64,000 nucleotides of DNA from Fimicolochytrium jonesii (Eukaryota). Position numbers and translations under genes: made by a program. Below are positions 11,301-22,406 of the stretch, piece after piece. The stretch covers positions 744,001 to 808,000 of the forward strand of contig NW_026515677.1 of assembly GCF_025526975.1 (NCBI RefSeq), given 5' to 3'. How positions within the stretch are numbered: the first letter of the stretch is position 1; every line of letters starts with the position of its first letter. The notes below the pieces were generated by a model. The model had not been told where the DNA came from. It made no database searches and saw nothing but the letters and a program-made list of their open reading frames with translations.

Positions 11301-13301
11301 TCCATTCGCAATTTTGGCGCTGATACAGTCTTATCGCTAATCTTTTCTTGGGGTTTCCTGCAACGTTCGGCGTATACGGCCACCGGAAATTGGTTTTCTC
11401 GTTTCGCAGGTGATTTCTTCAGCGTTTCGGGCGTCGTGGGAGCTTCTGGGTGGTTAAGAGTCGGGTCAGGAGTGCTTTCATGTCTGAGATCCTCTCCTAC
11501 GCCTACATTTTTCGCATGTCAGTCGTATCTGAGGACAAAACATCGTTGTGAAGCAAGGTTTCGGTAAAGTTAGTTGTATTTGGTAATCGTCGGAGTGTCG
11601 GGAACGCGAGTGTGTCGATTTATTGTCGGAAGTTTTGACGGTATTTTGACGTTGTCGTATAAAGGTGATTTCATTCGCTTGTCAAAGATTCTAGGCGTCT
11701 AATCGGCGTTGAAATATTATCGATTTCATACGCAGTTCAAAGCGCAATACTACAGCGTACAACCCATGCTGGCGGAGGTGGGCCAAGACTTCGCGGACGT
11801 GCTTGGGGTGATCTTTGGGGCTCTTGGAGAATATCAGGATATCATCAAGGTAGACGATAACAAACACATCGAGAATGTCACGGAAGATGTCGTTCATCAG
11901 GTACTGGAAAACGCCAGGAGCATTGCTGAGTCCAAAGGGCATGACATTGTATTCGAATAGGCCGTAGCGGCAGGGAAGGCGGTCTTCCATTCATCGCCCG
12001 GGCGCATGCGTACGAGGTTGTAAGCGCCGTGGAGGTCGATCTTGGTGGGACGGCGGGCACAGCGCAGACGGTCCATGATACCGTTGATCAGGGGCAAGGG
12101 GTAGCGATTCTTCACCGTGATGCTGTTCAGGCCTCGATAATCGACGCAGAGGCGGAGAGAACCGTCCTTTTTCTTCACAAATAAGACTGGCGCGCCGGCG
12201 GGGGACTTTGAGGGTTTGATGAATCCTTTGGCGAGGTTTTCTTCGAGGTATTTGCAGAGTGCTTTCATTTCTGGTTCGCTGAGGCTGTAGACCGGGCCGA
12301 AAGGTGGCTGCTTGGCTTCTTCCAGGTCGATAGGACAGTCGTAGGGCCGGTGCTCAGGGATTGTCAGCATTTTTCTTTTCGAAAATGTCAGCGAAATCTT
12401 GATCTTCGGGGGGCAGGAAGTCTTTGATGTCTTTCTCGGGTGTCGGGAGGGTACTGGGGCTAGGCGAGGCCGGGCGCTCGGGTTTCGCAGGGTTGGCTTA
12501 GGCAACAAAGACCTGGTCATGCCTTGCTGCGACCCGGAAGGCTGGGGTGGAGATGAACAAGACTCGGAGCGGCATGGGATCCGGTTCTGGGCAGCTGGAG
12601 CGAGATACCTTGGGTGCTGGGATCAACCATGTTTCATCGACGGGGACTTCATCCTGGGGGATGCGGATCAAGGGCTCGGGAGTTCTGGCGGGTGCTGGGC
12701 TCTGGGGTGGCGGGGAGCGGTCCCAATTCGCGAATTTGTGGTACTGACAGTCGCAACGGAAACCGACCGAAAGGTTCTTGAAGTCAAGGTTAACGTCGTG
12801 GAGGCGGAGCCAGGGGAGACCAAGGAGGATTGGAGCGTGGGGTGATTTGGTGACATGGAAGACGAGTTCTTCAAAGTGGTCGTCGACCCACATGCCTACT
12901 GGTTCGGTGTGATGGGTGATTGGCCCAGCAGAGCTGGGTTGACTGTCAACGAGTTCGGTCGTCAGGGGACGCTCATGCTGGACTAGGGGGATGCGGTGCT
13001 TGCGGGCAAAGTCCTTGTCGATGAAGCAGGACAGGGCACCGTTGTCGATCATGGCTGAGGTAGGTATTGGGGCACGGCTGGATGATACCATGATGGTAAC
13101 GGGGTAGTTGAAGGGTTCGGCAGGACCCAGCGCAAGCATGGCGCGTGGGTTAATTTCGGAGTTTTCGACATGGGCGGCGGCTAGGAGGGTTGTGTCGGCT
13201 ATAACGGAGTCGGGAACCAGGGGGGTGGCCTCTTCCATTGCAGGAGCTGCGAGGTGAGGAGGCCTGGAGGAGTGGGTGTGGTCCAGTCGCTGGGGCTTTG
13301 G
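8332..13301 (-). pseudogene. pol: Element C pol, disrupted by stops, frameshifts and a solo LTR
   Basis: ORF pieces 12498-13382 (part), 11897-12520, 11691-11990, 9583-10593 and 8491-9414. Natural stop at 8332-8334. Confidence 0.9.
10674..11754 (-). mobile_element. Solo LTR (family D, 1081 bp) inserted in the RT of element C
   Basis: TG...CA ends and a perfect 4-bp TSD GCGT (10670-10673 and 11755-11758). Removing it restores GLYAKPEKCEF. TATA-like TATAAAAA on the minus strand at 11176-11169. A second partial copy lies at 17611-18220. Confidence 0.85.
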
Positions 13302-16300
13302 GGCTGTACAAGCTGGATCAAACGGTACTGGAGCTGCCAACGCCATACCCTTTACTATGGCGGAGTACGCCCCTACACTCACTATTTATCTCAAGGGTAC
13401 TGCTCTCAAGTGGTACAATACGACTTACGCCGCTGGACCACCCGCAAGTTGGACAGCTTTTGAAACGGCTCTTGTCGCTCACTTTTATCCTCGCAATTTG
13501 TGTAATACTATTGAGCTCAAGCTCTCCGGTCTCAAGCTCGGCGACTCTCTCGAGAAATATATCAAGGAGTTTCAAGACATCAATAATGAGCTTGAAGCTG
13601 CTCATCCTCTCGATAACACTCAAGGCACCATTTCCCTTATCGATCAAATTCGATACTTCAAGGCCGGTCTTCTCAAGAATACGGTAATCAGTCATTATCT
13701 CGCTGAAGCCGTTACGAACTTTGAAGTCTCGGGCACTACCAATATCAATACCCCTATCACTCTCGATCAAGCTATCACTGCAGCTCGTCGTGCTCATGTG
13801 GCTCACGGGTTCACTGATGGCAACCAAGCCAATACGCCTCGTCCGATTGCCTCGGCATCGAGTGCTCGGGGCGGCCGTGGAGCCAGCCGCGGTCGAGGTA
13901 GTCGTGGCGGTGGTCGTGGCGGACGATTCGCCCCTTACACCAATCCTCGAATTACGGAATTCGAGCAAGACTTAGATGATATGACCTTTGGGCTCAATGC
14001 CCTCGGCACGCGGTACTGTCCCCCTGGAGTGAGTCGTCTCACTACAGGTCAAGTTCCATACCAACGTCAACAGCCCTTTCGTCGACGTGGACAATGGCAA
14101 ACTACTCACATTCCTCGTCAACGTCCAACGACTCCTTGTCCCCTTTGTAACAAAATGGGACATTGGAGAGTTGAATGCTGGTCAAATCCCGAAAATCGAC
14201 AGCAAGGCTCGCAAACCCCCACGCGGTGGTTTTCGACAGCACGGTCGTGGCGCTCAAACTCCGCAGCGCAGTCGCCAACCTAATCAACAACAAGGTTCAG
14301 CCAATCAGGTTGATGCTGGGTCACCCATTACAGAGATTCTCGATGATTCCGTCAATTCTGCGAATACTATGAATACTACTACAAATCAATTTTCGAGTTT
14401 TTTCCAAGGTCGATAGAGCCCCTTGGTAGCTCTGCTCGGCCTACAACATACGACCCTACCAATAAACCTGCCTTCGAACCACTGTCTGCTGGACTCCGGG
14501 TCTCTCATTGTCGCATCGGAAACAAGTTTGCTCGTGTTTTTTTTGATAGCGGCGCACTGGGTTATTCCTTGACAAGACATTCGTTGAAAAGCACAAATTT
14601 CCCAAGAAACGTATCGAACTGAAGCAGATATGGCTGGCCGACAAAGTATCATACATGATTCTCGACACGGTCGTTTCGGAAAAGTTAAATCTATGGGATC
14701 TCCAATCTCAGTCGCTTTTCTTAGTTGGACAACTTCCCTGGCTAGTCAGTAATCTGGCTTACGACGCTATTATTGGAATGCCTTCCTGGCGTTTCTTTAA
14801 TTACGCTGAACAATTCTCGATGAGTACCTTACCTATCCTTTGCTGGACCAAGTACGGCCCTATACCAAACGCACCGCAGTCTGTCACCATCAAATGCGAA
14901 AGAACTTCAAGAAACTGGGAAGCTGTTGAATACATCCCGAAACACAACAACCCTTACTTCGATGTACAACGAGATCCGGTCTATGACAAAAGACCCGTTC
15001 GACCTGTTCGGATCATGAAACCTGTGGATACTCGTCCTCTACAAGCCGCACCTCATTATGTACCTCGGTTCGCTCAAGCCAATGCCCTTCCTAATCCTCA
15101 AGTCATAGAAATGACTTCCAAGCGATTCAATAAGGCTTGGCGACGGAACAACTTTGAAAAAGACACAGTCTAATGCCTTGCTCTTACCAAAATACCGGAC
15201 GCTCCTCAAGAGCTTAAACGAAATCCAGAAGATCTCAAGGATATCCTAAATAAATACGTCAATACGCTCTTCAAGGAACCGGAAGGTCTACCCCCTGCTC
15301 GCAGAGAAGATAATTTCAAGATCGAACTCACTGAAGGTGCTGAACCCGTTTGGCAACCTCTTCGGCACATGAACAAAGAAGAACTCGCTGAACTCAAGAA
15401 ACAAATCACCTCAATGCTCGAAAAAGGATGGAGAAAACACTGCTCAAGTCCCTGGGGAGCTAGTGTCGTCTTTGCGAAAAAGAAAGATGGCGGATTACGC
15501 ATCTGTTGGGACTACCGAGGTCTCAACGCCGTCACCAAGAAAGATCGCACTCCTTTACCCAATATTCGTGAGATGAGGGATCGGACTCATGGTTGTAAAT
15601 GGTTTACGCTTATCGATATTCAAGAAGCATACCATCGTCTTCTTATACAAAAACAAGATCAACAAAAGACGGCAATATGAACTTGCTTCCGACATTTCGA
15701 GTATTTGGTCATGCCGTTCATGCTTACCAACTCACCTGCTGCATTTCAACGTCTTATGAATAAAATCTTCCATAAAGATTACGACGAATTCCTCGCTACC
15801 TACTTGGACGACATTTTCATTTTCTCGAAGACCTTAGCCGAACATCGGGAACACGTCGATCGTATCCTGAAGAAACTTGAAGAACATGCCCTTTTCATCA
15901 AGCCTTCAAAGTGCTTTTGGGCTAAAGAAGAACTCGAATGGTGTGGACATATTGTCGGAAGACATGGTGTTCGCATCGCGCCCTCGAAAATTCAAGCTAT
16001 CAAGGACTGGGCTACTCCAAAGTCAACAAAAGGAGTTCAAAGCTTTCTCGGGTTCACGAACTACTTCCTCAACTTCATACAAGGTTATTCGGACATCGCT
16101 CTGCCCCTATCAAGTATTCAATCTTCGAAAGTCAAATTTCCATGGGGTCCTGAGCAACAAGAGGCATTTCAAAAGTTGAAACAAGCGTTGATCAATGCGC
16201 CTACGCTAGCAACAATTGATGAAACCAAGCCGATTTACGTTTATACTGACTCATCAGGCTACGCTATCGCTGGCTGGATTGGACAACCTTCTGGCGATGA

Positions 16301-17610
16301 AACGATCCCTACGAATCTGCCTACTCTCGTTGGACAATGGAACAAGTTACCGCGGCTCCGGCCTGTAGTCTTCTTTTCTAGAAGGATGAAGGACGCAGAA
16401 ATTCGATATCCTACGCACGAACAGGAGCTTTTAGCTCTTGTCAAGATGTTGGTCGCCAATCGACCATATCTCATCGGTCGCTACTTCCGATGTTTCAGCG
16501 ATCACAAGGGACTCGAATTCATCCAAACGCAATCCCATTTGAGCAGAAGACAAGCCAATTGGGTGGAGAAGCTACAAGAGTATGATTTCGACATCCAGTA
16601 TTTACCTGGACGATGGAATCATATCGCCGACATGCTCTCCCGCAATCCAATCTATGCACCTTGGTGTGTAGATTGTCAACGACGCCTTGACATGCATACG
16701 CAGATCAGCAACATGCTTGTCGAACGCCAATCGCCTACAAAATTGGCGACCTCGTCGATCTGAATCGACAAGGAATCAACTTAGAAGTAGACGCACGAAG
16801 AGGACTTCGATACTCAGCTACGTGGATTGGACCATTCAAAATCATCGCACTGGGAGCACATCCTGATACCTACGAACTCGGTTTATCACCATCAAGGATC
16901 AGCGGCATCTGGCCCGTCTTTCACGTCGATATTTTACGACCACATCGCAAAGAGCAATATCCGCAACGTGCAGTTCCACAACCTCCTCCACCAATCGAAG
17001 AATACAGAGACGAACAGCATAGAGCATCTCATATCACATCACACGCGCGACGCCGCAAGAACCGCTCACTATCAATCACATCGCTGACAATAGCGACATA
17101 AACTACATCACATCACGCGCGGCGACGCAAGAACCGACCTTACACACACACATCACACACGACGTCGGCTTAGGGACGCCTTTGCCTCAAACACACACAT
17201 CACACAGTGCTTCAACACTATAAAATGGACAAGTGCGTCAACACTTTAAAATGAACATGAGCTCTCCCTTTCTCCACATATCCCTCGTAGTTCACCGCTT
17301 ATTTTTTTGGCGCCCTCCTCAGGATCTGAGGGAGGTGTCGGGGGTATCTCATCTTCACTTGTATTTCACATTATATCTCTTTGCTTCTACTTGATCCGAG
17401 ACCTGTGCTGGCCACCCGAGCTCTCGGTGATACATTACATAAGGCGCCAAGCTTCATTGAAGCCACGCAAGCCCCACTGGCAGCCCATATATAAAGCTGT
17501 CAGTCGAGCGGCCGCTGCGAAGAGCTTCTTCCTTTTACTTCACTACAATACACTGCTCTCAGCCCTGTCAGAAGGGCCCAATATTGTCTACGTTTTCCTC
17601 TGACGTTACA
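13302..17610 (+). mobile_element. Family-B Ty3/Gypsy element, copy B2 (5'-truncated gag, PR, RT, RH, deleted integrase, PPT, 3' LTR)
   Basis: Near-identical inverted copy of B1. PPT GAGGGAGG at 17328-17335, LTR at 17336-17610. Confidence 0.93.
17336..17610 (+). repeat. 3' LTR of B2 (275 bp)
   Basis: TGTCGGGG...GTTACA after the PPT; homologous to 8030-8304. Confidence 0.9.
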
Positions 17611-18220
17611 AAAGGTCTGGGGAAAACAGTCAGGTATTTATATGGATTTTTCTAAGCTACGGGATTTTGTCGAAGTCCAAACTCTCTACTAGTCGTCTCT
17701 AGAGGATTTAGCTACGTTGGGGTCTTTTTCTCTTTTCCTGCGGTGGTCTACATAGTTTTTCCTTTTTTCATTTGCAAGTTTGGCGCTGATACAGTCTTAT
17801 CGCTAATCTTTTCTCCGGGTTTTCTGCAACGTTCCGCGTATATGGCCACCGGAAATTGGTTTTCTCGTTTCGCAGTTGATTTCTTCAGCGTTTTGGGCGT
17901 CGTGGGAGCTTCTGGTTCGTTGAGCGTCGGGTCAGGGGCGCTTTCATGTGTGAGATCCTCTCCTACGCCTACATTTTTCGCATGTCAGTCGTATCCGAGG
18001 ACAAAACGTCGTCGTGGAGCAAGGTTTCGGTAAAGGTAGTTGTATTTGGTAATTGTCGGAGTGTCAGGAACGTGAGTGTGTCGATTTATTGTCGGAAGTT
18101 TTGACGGTATTTTCACGTTGTCATATAAAGGAAATTTCATTCACTCGTCGAAGATTCTAGGCGTATAATCGGCGTCGAAATATTATCGATTTCATGCGCA
18201 GTTCGAAGCGCACTGCTACA
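17611..18220 (-). mobile_element. Partial family-D LTR; right boundary of the transposon nest
   Basis: Colinear with 11145-11754 and ends in ...CTACA at 18220. Confidence 0.88.
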
Positions 18221-19320
18221 GCCCGCTTTGGGGGAATTGCACGAAAACGACAGCGTGACACGGCTTAGTCAGCAAACTCCAACCCCTTTGCCCCTCGCCC
18301 CTCCCCTTCGTGTCTCCTTCCACTTGTGTGCATCCCATCCCACTCTCCTTTTGTGCAGTCTACCCCCGTCCGTCCTCCGTCTACCAACACACCTGTCGTG
18401 ACCTGTCAACACACGCTCCACACCTTCCTTTTTTCCAATGCGGACCTAGCTCAACACAATCTTACTTACATGTATGATGGGTACAGTACGTGGGCTAGGA
18501 TATGTCACATATGTTCTACAACGATGTTTATCCCTCAAGGACCGTGTTCTCATTCATCCTAGTAATGTTTTGTTTTGGCTGTCGCTTGCTTCACTCTAGT
18601 CTGTCACAGCTTTCGATGCAAGACCGGAACTCATGATATCTAAGTCGGTCGTCCGCGCCGTTGGAGGCAATGGAAGGGACGCAATGTGCCGTGTCGCGGG
18701 GGTTTCCCGCACCGAGGGGTCCATGCAAATGCCTGTTGGAAAGGCCTTACGACAACCTCCTCACTCCTCACCCCTCACTTTAAACCGCAGAGACCCAAGG
18801 CCTTTTTCCCGGCGCGCTGCAAATTCGTTCAATGCACATGTAGTGGAAGGTATGTCGAATATACTAGGGATCCTGCTATGGCAAAAAGACAAGTCCAAAC
18901 ATCCAAGGCAACGACGAGGGGTAATACACCGCTCACTGAAAAGTACCTAAAGTAGACTATAGTAGCCAACATCCACTCCACGGGCATGTCAATCAATCAG
19001 TCGGAGCTCCGCCCGCTGGTGTTTGACTATTCGCCACACGTGCATGCCACCGCGTCAAAAGGGTGGGAACTCTCTCTTCTTCGTCGTTCGTCGTTCGTCG
19101 TTCGTCGGACAAGACCAGGAGCCCCTGAGGAGCCCCTCACTATATCAGTTCCAGTAGGTAACTCATCCCAAACTGAATGCTTCCGCGGACCTCCGCTCTT
19201 GTCACGTTTCAGGAAGATTGTTTCGCCGACAGGCAACGATCACCACCTTTTATTCCTGTCAGTTTTTGACGCTCAGCTTAAAACGCTGTAGATTGCTACA
19301 CCATCGAAGTTCTGAAAAAC

Positions 19321-20391
19321 ATGTTGCAAGGGTAATGAAGCAGCCACCTGTGTATGTAGGCAAATAGCCACTCACCCTCCGTCACCACAGGAGGTCCCGC
19401 TCTCAATCGCCCCCTCCACCTCCCCGGCACCCTCCGCCCGTCAGGAACGGCGACGACAGAGGTCTTCCCCCTCGGTATGCATCCGCCTCCACAATATTCT
19501 CGACTGTCTCATTGTCCGGAATCCCAGCAGCGGTAGCAGCCCAACGGCTGGTTCTCACGACCGCACATAACAGCCCGCAGAGCCCTCTTGATGGTCATAA
19601 CCCTGGCAACAATCTGCATGTCTCGAACCTGAGCCTTCGCACGCGTTCGCAGGATTTGGAGAAGCTGTTTGGGGAATATGGAAAAGTTCATATCGTCACG
19701 TTTTTTGGTATCCGAGTTGGGAGTTACTCACCTTTTTTTTTTTTTGACTTTCATCATGGATCAGATCAGCAAAGCCGAGATAGTGTGCGTTTATGGACGC
19801 AACTGCCGTTTGGTTTATCCATTCACCCACAATGCGACTTACGCACGTCTCACGATCCTAGGTTTGATCCCCACACTCAAGAATCGCGCGGTTTTGGTTT
19901 CGTAACCTTCCAAAAGGCCGAGCACGCCGAAGAGGCACGGGTGGGAATCGACGGAAGAGTAGAGCTAGACAGCAAAGTTCTCCGTGTCCAAATGGTACGA
20001 ATCGTCAGATTGGCGGCGGAGAAACCTTAGTGCCGCTAACGAAAACTCGGAATGCCGCATCCAGGCAAAGCGAAGCCGTGCTCGAGATCCTACGCCGGGC
20101 CGCTACTGCGGTGCACCTCGTCCCATTGACCGTGAACGAGACGGTATCTATCGACTTCCCCCACCAACAACCCCATAGATCTCACTCGCCCCTCCTTCAG
20201 ATGAACGACGTTACGGACGCGATCGCTACGACCCTTACGACCGCTACGACCGCTACGACCCCAGGGAACGCCGTCGCTCCTCTGACAGATACGAGAGTCG
20301 GCATACTTCTCACAACAGGGATCGCTATGACGATCGGTACGGCCGAGAGTATCAGAGGTACGACGATGACAGGGATCGCCGTCGATACTAG
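19321..20391 (+). CDS. Transformer-2/SR-like RRM RNA-binding protein (multi-exon)
   Basis: NPGNNLHVSNLS...DPHTQESRGFGFVTF...AKRSRARDPTPGRYCG, an RSRSQSP N-terminus and an RD/RY-rich C-terminus, with GT-AG introns. The start is tentative. Confidence 0.85.
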
Positions 20392-20781
20392 ATGTCGGTC
20401 GTGTCGCAGGGTCCCTGTTGGCCTGCGTGCAGACGAACGATACGTCGTGCGGGCATGTGAAGTGCTGAAGGGAAAGAGAACAGCATGTTGGTGATGTGCA
20501 TGGCGTAGCTTCTCAGCTTTGAAAAAGGGGGGTCCAGTGCATCCGCCTATTGTGCTTGTTAGTCGGGCCGGTTCGCTAGATAAGGGGTTCGTTGCTTCTT
20601 TTCGTTTCAGATTCGATTTTTAGTCTGTTGGTGAGGGGAAATCTTTTCCGTTACCAGTTTCGTATGCTTCTTATTTTTGTACACCACTATCAAAATATCC
20701 ATCTATCATGGTCACTCGCAAATCCTGATACGAGAGCCGAGTTTGAAGTGGAGTGACTTCGCCAAAACTTGTGTACATCTA

Positions 20782-22002
20782 TCAATACGGCCCCGCATAC
20801 GACCCTCTATCCTGGTTCCGCGAAACACCACCGCGCGAAACCCCACACTCGGCACCCTCCCACTCCGCACCCCCAGCCGCCCTATCACAAACAACCGCCA
20901 AACCCCGCCTCACCCTCCGCAAATCCTCTACCACACCTTCACACCCCTCCCCACACCTCCTCACCACCAACACACACATCTCCCTCCACCGCGCCTCCCA
21001 CCCAACGCCCAACACAACCTCCCTCGTCACCCACTTGCACCCCGACAGATTCAACAGTTTCAATCCCACCAAATTGCAGGCGAGGATACCCAGAGCGTGC
21101 GGACCGTGCTGCGAGTCGAAACAACCGGACAGATCGAGAACGTATAAGTTCGGGAGGGCTTTAGAAACGAGATGCGTGAACGGAACAGCGGTAATCCCCA
21201 CCGCATGCGAGATGGAGAGCGTGTGCAGGTTCGCAAAGGGCGGGCGTTGATGCACTATGGGTGTGATCTCCGCGAGGTCCGCCGCGTCTTCCCATGACTC
21301 AAGCACTTCCTCTTCCTTCCTCTCTGTGGATGGCTGTGAACCACCGGCCACCACGGGTGTAGCCGAGGTATCGAAATGCCCCGCCAGCCCCTTCACAGTC
21401 ACCGACGAGTTGGCCAACACAAGCACCCTCATCTCCGGATCCCTGAACAAACACAATAAATCATTCACGAGCCGGGATGTCTCGCACACCCGTTGCAGGA
21501 TCCGTTCCTTCAGGTGCCATGGCACGCATGCAAATTCCGCCTGGCGTTGCCTGTACACCCTAATCCGTTGCGCTACACTGTCGACACAGAGATCGACGAG
21601 CGAACGCACGCGAGGGTTGGACCCGTCTGTGGGAATCACAGTGGGAGTACTAACCGGCACCGCTTCCCGCCACGCCGCCCTCCACCCCGGCGGTGGAGCA
21701 GGTCCCGCAACAGTCACATTCGATTGCGCGGCGGTGGATTCTATCCGCTGGATATGATGCCCGTAGGATGCGTACGTGTCGAGGACTTTAGATTCACCGT
21801 AGCGGGCTAGGTTACCGTTCCGCGGTCGGGGGGGCCGGAAGCGGGATAGGAGGTCGTGGACTGAGGGTTGCGGTGAAGGTGATGCTGCTATTGGGTGGGG
21901 CCATTGTGAAAGAGGAGAGGAGTGGGAACCGGTGGGCTCTGAGATGCGGGACTTTACTGCGGCGGCGTACTTTTGCTTTAGGCTCTGCTGTTTCTTGGGC
22001 AT
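20782..22002 (-). CDS. Leucine-rich-repeat protein with a putative BC-box (406 aa)
   Basis: Single ORF; VRSLVDLC motif followed by AMN1/RNI-like repeats (LYVLDLSGC, LKLLNLSGC). Confidence 0.75.
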   Translation of the reverse strand: MPKKQQSLKQKYAAAVKSRISEPTGSHSSPLSQWPHPIAASPSPQPSVHDLLSRFRPPRPRNGNLARYGESKVLDTYASYGHHIQRIESTAAQSNVTVAGPAPPPGWRAAWREAVPVSTPTVIPTDGSNPRVRSLVDLCVDSVAQRIRVYRQRQAEFACVPWHLKERILQRVCETSRLVNDLLCLFRDPEMRVLVLANSSVTVKGLAGHFDTSATPVVAGGSQPSTERKEEEVLESWEDAADLAEITPIVHQRPPFANLHTLSISHAVGITAVPFTHLVSKALPNLYVLDLSGCFDSQHGPHALGILACNLVGLKLLNLSGCKWVTREVVLGVGWEARWREMCVLVVRRCGEGCEGVVEDLRRVRRGLAVVCDRAAGGAEWEGAECGVSRGGVSRNQDRGSYAGPY

Positions 22003-22406
22003 TCGCTGCTTGGGAGGGGCCGAATGCTGTGAGTGGGCTCGCCTCGGTCTGTTGAGCTTTCTCGATGTTGCTTTCTGGAATCTGTACGAGGGGCTTCAGA
22101 GGTGCTTCCGATTCACCCCTCCACTCCAGCTTCCACTTGCTTTTCGACACTCGCAGACTCGACCATAGCACAACAACTGACATACTTTCAGACTTAGGAC
22201 TTCGCTACATCAGGGGTAACAGTTCGGTGATACCTAGGCCGTCCCACACATTGATCAATTTGACAGAGCAACTACCAGAGCTAGAGAAACCATCCATCGT
22301 AAGACTGAAGAGTTTCTTCGGCTCGATAACTTATTGCATGTATATACACAAGACTTGACGTTCTAACATATGCGATGACCAGCCATAGTGGACCCACATC
22401 CCACAT

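Larger units (their letters stand above)
8305..13301 (-). mobile_element. Ty3/Gypsy chromovirus C (Tf1/Tcn1-like pol: PR-RT-RH-IN-chromodomain), 5'-truncated
   Basis: MIDNGA protease, [25 protein letters not shown]...DGQTER, GPF motif, chromodomain WIVEAILDSR...YLVK..G*PDSENTWEP. PPT AAAGGGAGGGGTGA (8333-8320) is followed by only the first 15 bp of its 3' LTR (TGTTATGGACGACGC, 8319-8305). Confidence 0.93.

Noticed and set aside
11289..11567. Repeated ~92-96 aa ORF (also 17743-18033), and similar ORFs at 8037-8315 and 17307-17603
   Set aside because: These lie within duplicated LTRs, with no coding signature.
10674..11754. Ginger-type DNA transposon (TGT...ACA ends, 4-bp TSD)
   Set aside because: No extended terminal inverted repeats and no transposase. 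A TATA-like site and TG..CA ends fit a solo LTR better.
19078..19107. (TTCGTCG)n short tandem repeat as a possible array
   Set aside because: A simple microsatellite with no spacers. No CRISPR-like structure was seen anywhere in the window.
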